This document shows, one piece after another, positions 49,194 to 58,439 of a stretch of DNA of 64,000 bases. Numbering within the stretch: position 1 is the stretch's first letter; each line of letters starts with the position of its first letter. Origin of the DNA: Thermoproteota archaeon (GTDB lineage: Archaea > Asgardarchaeota > Njordarchaeia > Njordarchaeales > Panguiarchaeaceae); contig JANJXX010000005.1 in the NCBI GenBank assembly GCA_024720975.1, positions 1-64,000 of the forward strand, in the 5' to 3' direction. A model generated the notes under the pieces. That model was not told the DNA's origin. It ran no database searches and saw only the letters and a list, made by a program, of their open reading frames with translations. A program made the translations under genes and the position numbers.

Positions 49194-50282
49194 ATGACTA
49201 GGGAAAAAGCCTATGATTTGTTGCTTGAGATCGCTAAAAATGCAGAGAAAAAAACAGGTATTCCCGCATATCCTCGCTCAGTTTTAAATGTTATGTCAGC
49301 AGCAGCACTTTCTAACAATGTCTTTTGGGTGGCTAGATACTCTCGGGAAGCCTTCAATCTTCTTATCGAAATTCTCAAGGAATTAGAAAAAAGAAACCTG
49401 GTAAATCTGCAGGCTGGTGTTGAACTTACAGAAGAGGGGAAGAAGCTTCTACAAGATGTTGGGTACGAGATCAAGTTTAGAATCTGTGACCATTGCAAAG
49501 GACGAACTATACTGTTTGACGAGATCTTGGATAAAGACGTTGTGAGAGAATTTATTAAGATACAAGAAAATAGACCCCCAGCAATCCAGGAATTTGATCA
49601 GGGTTTTGTTACTTCAGAGACAACCCTTGCAAGAGTAGCGTACATGTACTACAGAGGGGACTTAAGAAATAGAGACATAATAATACTAGGAGATGATGAC
49701 TTACTTTCGATAGCTGTGGGGCTCACAAATTTAGCGAATAGGATCGTTGTAATAGACATAGATAAAAGGTTAACTGAATTCATACAAAGAGTGTCTAACG
49801 AATATGGACTTCGCATAGAGGTTTATACAGAGGATTTGAGACGCCCGCTACCCGAGGATCTCTGCCGAAAGTTTGATGTATTTCAGACAGATCCGCTAGA
49901 AAGCTTGAATGGATTTAAAGTTTTTGTAGGCCGTGGAATCGCTGCACTTAGAGGGGAAAGATGCGCTGGCTACTTTTATCTCACATTAGTTGATGCTTCG
50001 ATAGACAAATGGAGAGAAATTCAAAGGCTTTTGTTGACAGAGTTCAATGTAGTCATCACTGATATAATACCTGACTTCTCAGAATACGTGAACTGGAATT
50101 TGTATTTCGAGGAAATGCAAGCATGGAAAATCCTTCCAGAATCCCTAAGGCAAATACCAAGAGATGGCTGGTATGTTTCAACGCTCTTCAGAATCGAGAC
50201 TCTTCGAGGCTCGCGGGGATTATTCGAGACCATATCTTCGGAGGAAAACATATATTATGATAAAGAGTTAGCATCAGCATGA
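49194..50282 (+). CDS. bpsA: Branched-chain polyamine synthase (DUF43)
   Basis: RPPA...FDQG, LGDDDL, DID.R, DLRRPLP, TDP, F..RG; divergent from speD. Confidence 0.88.
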   Translation: MTREKAYDLLLEIAKNAEKKTGIPAYPRSVLNVMSAAALSNNVFWVARYSREAFNLLIEILKELEKRNLVNLQAGVELTEEGKKLLQDVGYEIKFRICDHCKGRTILFDEILDKDVVREFIKIQENRPPAIQEFDQGFVTSETTLARVAYMYYRGDLRNRDIIILGDDDLLSIAVGLTNLANRIVVIDIDKRLTEFIQRVSNEYGLRIEVYTEDLRRPLPEDLCRKFDVFQTDPLESLNGFKVFVGRGIAALRGERCAGYFYLTLVDASIDKWREIQRLLLTEFNVVITDIIPDFSEYVNWNLYFEEMQAWKILPESLRQIPRDGWYVSTLFRIETLRGSRGLFETISSEENIYYDKELASA

Positions 50283-51706
50283 CAAAACAATTTCTCCCAG
50301 CTAGATCTTGCATAAATACATCCAGGATCCGGTGCCAAGAAATCTCCAAAATAGTTGTAAGCTCTAGCACGGCATCCTCCACACACGTATTTATATTGGC
50401 ATTGTCCGCATTCACCCTTAAGTAAATCTCGATTGCGAAGCGACTCCAGAACCTTATTTTCTCTCCAGAGCTTTTCGAAATCATCCTCGAGGATATTGCC
50501 GATTTTCTTTCTAAGGAAAACGCAGGGATAGATATCACCATTGGGTTCTAGTGCCAAATAGACACGCCCCGCACCGCAACCTCCTATTAATTCTAGCATG
50601 CTACCAAAACGCTTAGATTGTTCCCTAATTGTGTAGAAGTGGCCGGCTATAAACGGTTTTTCTGAGAATTCCAATCCTATCTCATAGGCGACCGCGGCAT
50701 ATTGTGGGGCTGTTGAAGCGGCAGAGAAACCATTATAAAGAGCGTTAGCTAGTATTTTCAAGACCTCCCAGCGTTCCTCGGGACTCAGATCCCATTCTAC
50801 AATATCTCGCCCCCTACCGACTGGGACGTAGTTGTATGCCATGAACATGTCAACTTTGAGCTCATTCTTGGCAAATTCAAGCATACGCTGGATTTCTTTG
50901 TGGTTCCTCTTTGTAATCGTCATGGAGACTTCGACAATAATGTTATGCTTCTTGAGGTTTTTTATGCCCCTAACAGCTTTTTCCCAGGCTCCAGGTACGC
51001 CTCTAAATTCATCATGGAATTGACTACTAGGCGAATCTAGACTAACTTGAGCAAAGATTAAACCACTTTTAGCGAGCTTCTCAGCGATTTCATCTGTTAT
51101 TAAAGTAGCATTCGTAGCCATGGCCAGATACATGTCATAATCATGGGCTCTTTTTAGAACTTCCCAGAAACCTGAGCCAAGTATAGGTTCGCCACCTGAA
51201 AGAGCAAGCATAGCTACGCCAGAATCTGCAAGCGTGTCAAGAGCTCTCAATTTTTCCTCGACGCTCATTTCTGGTAATTCTATGCCTGCTGATGCATAAC
51301 AATGCTTGCATTTTAAGTTACATCGGAAAGTGAAATCCCAGACTATCAGTAATGGAGCACCAGAGGAAAAAGGAACGCGCACGCCAAATATTTTGAAACC
51401 CTTAAGTAGGCTAGCTATGATTTTTCTTGCATAAGGCAACTTGAGCATGTTGAGAAATTCATTCTTATCGACATCAAATTCTTTAATCAACCTGTCCATG
51501 TAGTACCTGAAAAATGGGTAAACAACATAAGCCACTAAAGATTCTCTAACATCCTCACCACAATACATAGCGAGAAGGTATTCAATATAAGTTCTCTTTT
51601 TACCGCTCTTTCGGAGTAAGAATGACAGCGCTAGCTCTGAAAGCCGCGACTCGGCTAGTCGCTTTAAATTCATAATAACTTTTTTTGCATCCGTAGTAGT
51701 ACTCAT
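50255..51706 (-). CDS. Radical SAM/SPASM domain protein
   Basis: CNLKCKHC, SGGEP, GCGAG, DIYPC, CGQC...CGGCRARA...DPGC. Confidence 0.92.
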   Translation of the reverse strand: MSTTTDAKKVIMNLKRLAESRLSELALSFLLRKSGKKRTYIEYLLAMYCGEDVRESLVAYVVYPFFRYYMDRLIKEFDVDKNEFLNMLKLPYARKIIASLLKGFKIFGVRVPFSSGAPLLIVWDFTFRCNLKCKHCYASAGIELPEMSVEEKLRALDTLADSGVAMLALSGGEPILGSGFWEVLKRAHDYDMYLAMATNATLITDEIAEKLAKSGLIFAQVSLDSPSSQFHDEFRGVPGAWEKAVRGIKNLKKHNIIVEVSMTITKRNHKEIQRMLEFAKNELKVDMFMAYNYVPVGRGRDIVEWDLSPEERWEVLKILANALYNGFSAASTAPQYAAVAYEIGLEFSEKPFIAGHFYTIREQSKRFGSMLELIGGCGAGRVYLALEPNGDIYPCVFLRKKIGNILEDDFEKLWRENKVLESLRNRDLLKGECGQCQYKYVCGGCRARAYNYFGDFLAPDPGCIYARSSWEKLFCHADANSLS

Positions 51707-51781
51707 TTGAGATTCAGTACACGAAAATGCATTCAAAATAGTCACCTTAAGTAATCATTAAGATTTATTCATTACTATATA

Positions 51782-51801
51782 TCATTAACTAAAGTTAATG
51801 A
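51782..51801. promoter_or_regulatory. Perfect inverted repeat, candidate operator upstream of radical SAM gene
   Basis: TCATTAACT-AA-AGTTAATGA (9-bp arms). Confidence 0.45.
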
Positions 51802-51925
51802 CATTATTGAAGAAACTAAGTGAGCATTATAGTAGTCCTGGTCCGAAGAAAATGACTGCTATCTCTAATGGCATCGTAATTAGCGAGCAAGACGGGAGAT
51901 TAATGCTTAGGGAAATAAAAACGAC

Positions 51926-53608
51926 TTAGCCAACGGATTTGAAGCGCCATTTACTATAAGCCCGACGCGCGCTTATTATTGCATGTGCATTAAGGCTCAT
52001 CCAATACATCCCAGATTCTTCGAAGAGCTTTGCTGCTTTCTTAAGCAGTTTAATCGCTAGTTTTTCCCTCTCGTCAATGATTTTGTTGGAGATTTCGTTG
52101 AGAAATGATGCGTAAACGGGAGCGCTTCTGGGGAGTAAAAGTTTTTCAGCAGTCTTTACGGTTTCTAGAAGTAGGTATTCCTGGTGATTTTGAACAGATC
52201 CTAAAGCTACTGCGAATAGTATCTCACCAAGTTCATTTGCTCGAAGTTTTGCATGCTCTAGATTGTTCAATATGTACCGAATGCCGTCAGTAAATTTTTT
52301 CTTCGAAAGATATTTGACAGCAATAATTAGGTAAAGTGGATCACTTAAACCGATCAGTCTTTCTATAGCTTTAGAGATGTCGTTCTCGCTGTCTGAGACT
52401 ATGATTGTAATGAGTGATTCTAATCCAATCTTGTGTCTGGCTTCATTAATCAACTCTGAAGTGCTACTGAAAATTTCAGTGAGCTCACGAAACTTCTCAT
52501 TGCTAGTTGCTACTTGAAAGAGCTCATTCCAAATCTCTAGGTGCTGAAGGCCGCTTATTTTGTTCTCTTTATTGAACGTTCTGATAGCATTTACCAGTAA
52601 AGTCTTAAGCCCAAGTCGCAAGGCAGCCGCGGCATATGCTTTAAAAACTCTTAGCGTACATGGTTGATCTTCAACCTCATAGCAAATGTTTATGGCCAAG
52701 TCTAGGTATGCTTGGCTACTTGATGCATCTTTGCTAAGCAAGTTTATTGCGTATTTTAGTGCAAGCTCTATTAATCCATTTCTTGCGCCTAGGTTATATA
52801 ACTTGCTGATGATCAAATTCATGATTCCTATGGATTCGATATCACACTTCTCGAGTGCAACGGCTAATATTTTAGCAAGCATGTCAGCTTGATCCTTGGT
52901 TTCGACTTTACCCAGCGCCTTCGCAATCAATTCTGGAAAAAATCCAGGAATGCATTCAACTTCGTTTATATACTCCCAGAGAGTAATTAAGAAGTTACTG
53001 AGATCATTATTGACTAAATCAAGAAATTTCTTGTTAGTTTCCTCATTCGGTAGGTACGAAAGAGCAATTCCTAGTAAACTAAAATACAGTCTAGGATCAA
53101 TAACTCTTATCTTATTGATGAAGTCGAAGCAAAGTGCATTGTTTCCTCTTTTAAGTAGCACTCGGATTAGATTTCTCGATAATAGTCTATCCTCAAAATC
53201 TGAGAATCCCCGCGATAGCAGTAGGTCAAAAACTTCGGTAGCATTCGGATTGACGAGAAATAGCTCTCTAAAATATATAACTTTGGCTTGATCAAAAGCG
53301 CTAGCATCGAATAGAGATAATAGTTCCCCGAGTTTCTCTAGATACTTCCCACTAGGAACAATTCTCTTGATAAGGTACTCAAAAATTGTAAGTGCCGCTT
53401 GTTGCATCGAAGCCTTAAGAAAAGATACTATCGCTAAACGACCATATTGTAGCATAGACTCAAGGGTGTTAGAAAGATAGAGTAACTCCCTGTAGAATTT
53501 AGCAACAGCAAACCAAATAATTCTAGATTCATATCCGATCTCAGGCAATATTGGCTCGTTTTCCAATTGTCTTAGTATGCTCCTAGCTAATTTATAATCC
53601 TTAAGCAT
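51926..53608 (-). CDS. Alpha-helical solenoid (TPR/SNAP-like) hypothetical protein
   Basis: Leu/Ala-rich amphipathic helices throughout; AIKLLKKAAKLFEESG. Confidence 0.6.
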   Translation of the reverse strand: MLKDYKLARSILRQLENEPILPEIGYESRIIWFAVAKFYRELLYLSNTLESMLQYGRLAIVSFLKASMQQAALTIFEYLIKRIVPSGKYLEKLGELLSLFDASAFDQAKVIYFRELFLVNPNATEVFDLLLSRGFSDFEDRLLSRNLIRVLLKRGNNALCFDFINKIRVIDPRLYFSLLGIALSYLPNEETNKKFLDLVNNDLSNFLITLWEYINEVECIPGFFPELIAKALGKVETKDQADMLAKILAVALEKCDIESIGIMNLIISKLYNLGARNGLIELALKYAINLLSKDASSSQAYLDLAINICYEVEDQPCTLRVFKAYAAAALRLGLKTLLVNAIRTFNKENKISGLQHLEIWNELFQVATSNEKFRELTEIFSSTSELINEARHKIGLESLITIIVSDSENDISKAIERLIGLSDPLYLIIAVKYLSKKKFTDGIRYILNNLEHAKLRANELGEILFAVALGSVQNHQEYLLLETVKTAEKLLLPRSAPVYASFLNEISNKIIDEREKLAIKLLKKAAKLFEESGMYWMSLNAHAIISARRAYSKWRFKSVG

Positions 53609-53632
53609 TTAGTAAAACCAGCTAACACCATC

Positions 53633-53903
53633 AGTGGTTGCCCGTGTTTTTTTGTTCAGGTTTGCCTAGGTGTTTTGGATAACATGAATACTATTAACAC
53701 GGGCTTCTTCCCCAGTACCTGCTTACCTATCGCGGGTCATAGAGGTACATCGACGGGCACCAACGAGCCCGCCTCGGGGGATAGACATATCCTTCTGCTC
53801 CCCCTGGTGGCTACTCTACCGTCATTGAGGCGGGACACTTTTTGATTCCAAGTACCTATGGTAGTTAAAATAGCTTAAAAACTTTACAGAGAAAACAGTC
53901 CAA
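53633..53903 (-). mobile_element. Non-autonomous tnpB-derived mini-element copy 3 (shortest)
   Basis: Reverse complement: TTGGACTG...TTTTTAAGCT...GGTACTTGGAATC joined almost directly to CCCGCCTCAATGACGG...AACACGGGCAACCACT. Confidence 0.75.
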
Positions 53904-53978
53904 GAGATTTGATGACATAAAAGCGCAGTAGTTGGAGCTTCCTAATAGCATATTGAAGAAGGATTACTGGAGTATATG

Positions 53979-54809
53979 TCAGGTACTCATGGCAATTAGC
54001 AGCTCGCGAGCAATGGCTGCTGCTAGGGTCGCTGTTGTACTTCTGAGTTCCCCTCCTGTCAGCTCTACAATATCGGCGAACTTAGGCCTTAAGTATTTTA
54101 AGTATCGTAGCAGCAAGTTAGGAGGCAGACCGAAGGGCTCCGGTGTACCAACATCTGGGGCATAAGCGGGGTCGAAAACGTCCAGGTCTAGGGAGATGTA
54201 ATCAGCTTTTTTGAAAATGTCCTTAAGTACTGCTTCATTTTCAAGTATGTCATATGTCGAGTATGCCTCAACACCAAATTCCTCCAGTGCTTTTAACTCT
54301 TCGGGGATACCAGTCCTGTAACCTAAGAGCACTACTCTGTCATAACCAAGGAGCTCACCAGCTCGCCTTAATGTGCATCCGTGCGAATACTTCAGTTCTT
54401 GATATGTATCTTCAAAATCTGGATCAGCATCAATATGCACATACATTTTAACTTGATTGTGCAAGTGCTGGAGTGTCATAATTGTTATAGAGTGATCTCC
54501 TCCAAGAAATAGGTATTTCTTTGCACCTATCGTTCCAAGTGCTTCACGAACCTTTTGCATTGTTTCTAAAAATCCGCCATGAATCACCTCAACATCTCCC
54601 CAGTCTGATATTGGAAACTCGCTGACGCTCCTCTTGAAAAACAAACTAAATTCATTTAGCGTTTTAGATGCTAACCTTATGAGTAGGGGGCCATGTCGAC
54701 TTCCAACGAAAGCAGATTGGGTACTATCAAATGGTATGCCAAGCACTGCTATGTCTAGGTTTTTTGCAGCGGGCAAACCAAAAAGGGTTACATGGTTCAA
54801 GATAGGCAT
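53979..54809 (-). CDS. Agmatinase/ureohydrolase family protein
   Basis: GIPFD, GP..IR, GGDHSIT, DADPD, SHG, DLDVFDP..AP..GTPEP.G. Confidence 0.85.
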   Translation of the reverse strand: MPILNHVTLFGLPAAKNLDIAVLGIPFDSTQSAFVGSRHGPLLIRLASKTLNEFSLFFKRSVSEFPISDWGDVEVIHGGFLETMQKVREALGTIGAKKYLFLGGDHSITIMTLQHLHNQVKMYVHIDADPDFEDTYQELKYSHGCTLRRAGELLGYDRVVLLGYRTGIPEELKALEEFGVEAYSTYDILENEAVLKDIFKKADYISLDLDVFDPAYAPDVGTPEPFGLPPNLLLRYLKYLRPKFADIVELTGGELRSTTATLAAAIARELLIAMST

Positions 54810-54923
54810 TTTTGATTACCTCCTTTATGCATAGCGGGCATATTTGACTTAAATGATAATACTTAACTACTTAACTTTGTAATTCTAAGATTAGCGAGCT
54901 TAATGACTGGAGGCATTATGATC

Positions 54924-55907
54924 CTAAACACGCGAATTAGAAAAGAAATTCTCTAGACGTATTCTTTCAGCCGTCCTGCTCCTCAATTCTATCCTGCTTG
55001 GAATTAAGTGTGTTCCATCACACGATGGTGCTCTAAAGTACTTCGGTGTGGTTAAATTCTCTCGGCAGGTTGCATATGTAAGTTTAAGTTTGTTTGCTTC
55101 ATCCACAACGGGCCATAAAATTCTCCTCCTTAATTGAATGGGAGCATAAGCATAACCCAACTTTATCTTCCCTCCCGGATAATAAAGTTTCATCCATTTG
55201 GCTTTCAGCTCTGGAAAGGCATTTACCATTCTAGCAAAGTTATCTGGTCGTGCTTTATATGTTGATGTTACTACATGCTTTGCTCCAATGCTTGCCACTT
55301 CCCTCACAAGCTCTCTCAAACTATTTTCATCGTCATTTAGGTACGGTATTACTGGATCCACCCTCACAGAAAATGGGACATTATGATCCTTAAGGATCTC
55401 CAGCGCCTTTAAGCGATTACTAGGCGGGGGTGCGTTCGGCTCTAGTCTTCTTGCCAAACTATCATCCAGTGTAGTAATAGTAACACTTACAGCAACGTTA
55501 TATCGAGAAAGCAAATCAATGTCCCTCAAAAGCGCATCACTTTTCGTCGTTATCTGAACACGCAGGCCCGCTGGAAGTAAGAGCTCAAGAACAGCTCTGG
55601 TTATGCCTAGAATCCTTTCCTCCGGTGGATATGGATCAGAGCTAAGACTCATATCTACAGGAAATCTAGGATCAATATACTTAAGATCTCTCCGGAGTCT
55701 ATGATTGAGATATTGTTTCGGTTTGCTCTCTCTAGATCTAATGTAGGCAGTAGTATAGCAGTAGAGACAACGGTGCGAGCAGCCCGTGTAAGGATTTATA
55801 GTATACTTACGAGGACATGTACATAATGGGCTTCGCCAAGGATCAAAAGAGGTTAATACAGTGCCCAATAGAACCACTTCACACCTCTGGATTAGAAAAC
55901 ATATCAA
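54924..55907 (-). CDS. Radical SAM protein (SplB-like archaeal family)
   Basis: FDPW...CTCP.K...NPYTGCSHRCLYCY, SSDPYPPE, TTKS, RVDP. True start probably about 12 codons downstream. Confidence 0.85.
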   Translation of the reverse strand: MICFLIQRCEVVLLGTVLTSFDPWRSPLCTCPRKYTINPYTGCSHRCLYCYTTAYIRSRESKPKQYLNHRLRRDLKYIDPRFPVDMSLSSDPYPPEERILGITRAVLELLLPAGLRVQITTKSDALLRDIDLLSRYNVAVSVTITTLDDSLARRLEPNAPPPSNRLKALEILKDHNVPFSVRVDPVIPYLNDDENSLRELVREVASIGAKHVVTSTYKARPDNFARMVNAFPELKAKWMKLYYPGGKIKLGYAYAPIQLRRRILWPVVDEANKLKLTYATCRENLTTPKYFRAPSCDGTHLIPSRIELRSRTAERIRLENFFSNSRV

Positions 55908-56193
55908 TCAGTGTTTTACGCATATAGAATGCCACTTTTGCAGATTCTTCACTCAAAGAACAGGCACAGGCACTGCAATTGGAACATTTGTACCAACCGC
56001 ATTTGGGACAAAGATTACTCTCTGTACCATCAAATTTTGTGCCGCACACAAAACAGAAGAATTTAGGCTTAATGAAGTAGCTGAGAGCATTTTCGATTAT
56101 TTTAGACAGGGACAAACCTAGACTTGCGGCCTTTTCTTTCGCGCTTTTGAGTATTTCATCAGATATAGTAACAGTTAATTTTCTCTTTGCCAT
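55879..56193 (-). CDS. Ribbon-helix-helix (CopG-like) + Zn-ribbon protein
   Basis: KLTVTI...A...GLSLSKII; CFVCG, CPKCG, CSNC, CAC. Confidence 0.75.
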   Translation of the reverse strand: MAKRKLTVTISDEILKSAKEKAASLGLSLSKIIENALSYFIKPKFFCFVCGTKFDGTESNLCPKCGWYKCSNCSACACSLSEESAKVAFYMRKTLIDMFSNPEV

Positions 56194-56330
56194 ATAAGTG
56201 ACTCCTTCACAAACTGGCAATACGCTGCTCTCTACCTACTACACTATAATGTAACTGATAAACATTTTGCTTAGTATTTATATACGCCTAATGACTACTC
56301 TAAAAAACGGCTTCATACGTACAAATACGT

Positions 56331-56900
56331 ATGGTGGAGTCCATGGACAACTATGAGAAAATCTCACCAATATTGGTCGGCATAACTGCGGCACTATATG
56401 CAGCGATAACCATTGCCATAGCGCCCTTTGCATACGGACCCATACAGGTTAGAATCTCAGACGCAATGCTTGTCTTGCCCTTCCACAGGAAGTTCGGGAA
56501 GTCGGCAGTCTTGGGCCTTGCTGCAGGAGGATTTTTGGGAAACATAGCCTCACCATATTTGCCTTGGGACTTAATCACGGGCTTCGCGCTCAACTTAGTG
56601 GTAGGTTGGATAATGTATACACTGGGATACCATGCTAACAAGAGGTTTAAGATAAACGGAAGAACTAGGTTAACACTTGCATGCCTTGGAACAATAATAG
56701 GGTCCACTATAATTGCGTTAGTTGTTGGGTTTATGATAGTTTTAGTAGAACTACAAATAATCGATACAGTGTCATGGATGAGTATATCCCTGTTAATTTT
56801 CATAGGCGAGCTAATTGCACTTGCGGTTGGTGGTCTAATATTGTTGAGTGCTTTAGAGCGGGCATTGCCACCAAGTACTCAGGCTGCAAGTTCGATATAA
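56331..56900 (+). CDS. QueT-family ECF S component
   Basis: AALYAAIT...PFAYGPIQVRISD, G...G..LGN..SP....D, GE. Confidence 0.85.
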   Translation: MVESMDNYEKISPILVGITAALYAAITIAIAPFAYGPIQVRISDAMLVLPFHRKFGKSAVLGLAAGGFLGNIASPYLPWDLITGFALNLVVGWIMYTLGYHANKRFKINGRTRLTLACLGTIIGSTIIALVVGFMIVLVELQIIDTVSWMSISLLIFIGELIALAVGGLILLSALERALPPSTQAASSI

Positions 56901-56931
56901 ATTACTGAATTTTCCTTTTTTGGTGCTGTAA

Positions 56932-57654
56932 TTGATTTCTCTAGAAGCCAGAAACTTGACTGTAACGCTTAACGGACGCGCAGTATTGAGGGACATAAAT
57001 TTGGGGTTTCAAGGGCCAGGATTATATTTTGTGCTCGGACAAAATGGTTCTGGAAAATCGACACTTCTTAGAAGCTTAGCTGGTTTGATACCCTTCGAAG
57101 GCGAAGTGTTATTGAATGGTATAGATATCAGAAAATATAGCAGAAAAGAGCTATCAAAAGCAATAGGATACGTCTGGCAGAATCCTCTCTATGGGTTCTT
57201 CGAATCAACAGTAGAGCGGGAGATAAAATTTATACTTAGGAATTTAGATTTGGAGCAAACGAACAGATTCGAGGAAGTAATCAAGCATTTTGGAGTTGGA
57301 AATTTTCTCAAGAGATCGCCATTTTCCCTTTCAGGTGGTGAAGCAAAAAGAGTATGCATGTGTAGCGTCCTAGTCGCGGACCAGCAAGTATATCTCCTAG
57401 ACGAACCCGAAGGTGAACTTGATTATCAAGGTCTTGAAAAACTCATTGATTTTGTTAAATCTGAAAGCAAGAGAAAACTCATAATAATCGCAACCCATAA
57501 CGCACTCCTATCATATAAAATGAGAGACACTACAGAGCGAATATTCATAATTTACAACGGAGAGATAATCAATAGCATAAAGCCAGAAGATCTTCTAAGC
57601 AACAACTCTCTCGTAAAAGTGGGAATAGTACCCATTCAATGGTGGCTAAGTTGA
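56932..57654 (+). CDS. ECF-type ABC ATPase
   Basis: GQNGSGKST, QNP, TVEREI, PFSLSGGE, LDEP, ATH. Confidence 0.88.
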   Translation: MISLEARNLTVTLNGRAVLRDINLGFQGPGLYFVLGQNGSGKSTLLRSLAGLIPFEGEVLLNGIDIRKYSRKELSKAIGYVWQNPLYGFFESTVEREIKFILRNLDLEQTNRFEEVIKHFGVGNFLKRSPFSLSGGEAKRVCMCSVLVADQQVYLLDEPEGELDYQGLEKLIDFVKSESKRKLIIIATHNALLSYKMRDTTERIFIIYNGEIINSIKPEDLLSNNSLVKVGIVPIQWWLS

Positions 57655-58286
57655 ACTTGCTGAAGTTTATTGAGCTTCAGCAGAAAGAGACGCCACTTCA
57701 TAAGATATCGATTCAAGTGAAGATATCATTGATACTTGCCCCGCCAATATTGGTTTCTTTACTTCGCATTGAACCACCGCTCTCATATGTGATATATCTA
57801 ACTCTTATACTGTCGCTTGAAGTTTCTATAGCGTTGGGGCTTAAGGCACCTAGATATCCTCTTGACATATTTGCTGCATTCGCTCTCCTCTTTGTCCTTG
57901 GGGGCATAGTATACAGCTTAAGAGGCAAGAGCATTATAAGCTTCTTTGCAGAGAGAAAATTTTGGTTTATCACACTGCTCTATATCGCATACTCGTTAGC
58001 ATTTATTCTATCAACAACGAGTGTAGAACAACTTGAGATACTTCTTTCCAAAATCAAACTACCCAAGCGATGGATAATAGCAACAATCATAGCTTACAAC
58101 CTTATACCAGCAATGTACAACGAGGCCCGGCAGGTGCTAATGCACCAAGCAGCAAGGGGACTCCAACTGTCTAAGAATCCCTTCATCAGGCTCAGGCAAT
58201 TAGTAGCCCTGTATATACCAATGATCTTTGTCTCCCTCCTACGCGGGGAATACCTGGAACAATCACTAAGGGCAAGAGGGTACTAA
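57639..58286 (+). CDS. ECF transmembrane component EcfT
   Basis: TPLHK, STT, QAARG and LRARG motifs. Confidence 0.85.
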   Translation: MVAKLNLLKFIELQQKETPLHKISIQVKISLILAPPILVSLLRIEPPLSYVIYLTLILSLEVSIALGLKAPRYPLDIFAAFALLFVLGGIVYSLRGKSIISFFAERKFWFITLLYIAYSLAFILSTTSVEQLEILLSKIKLPKRWIIATIIAYNLIPAMYNEARQVLMHQAARGLQLSKNPFIRLRQLVALYIPMIFVSLLRGEYLEQSLRARGY

Positions 58287-58439
58287 TTGCTAGTCAAAAA
58301 TTTGCTTTGCAAGCTGCTCATTTTTTTAGCTTTGAAGGAGCTTTTTATAGGATAGCGTATAAAAGTTATTTACATGGTGAGATCCTTTATATCACATATT
58401 TTTCTATTTTCTCTCCGGTTGACTATCTGGAGATCTACC

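Noticed and set aside
51798-51929. 43-aa ORF next to the radical SAM/SPASM gene as a RiPP precursor
   Set aside because: No SD, no precursor-like composition, and it overlaps the palindrome and the neighbouring stop.
38596-53903. Repeat family as CRISPR, SRP RNA, RNase P RNA or group II intron
   Set aside because: No repeat-spacer array, and I found no SRP, RNase P or domain V motifs; the TnpB-type remnant explains it better.
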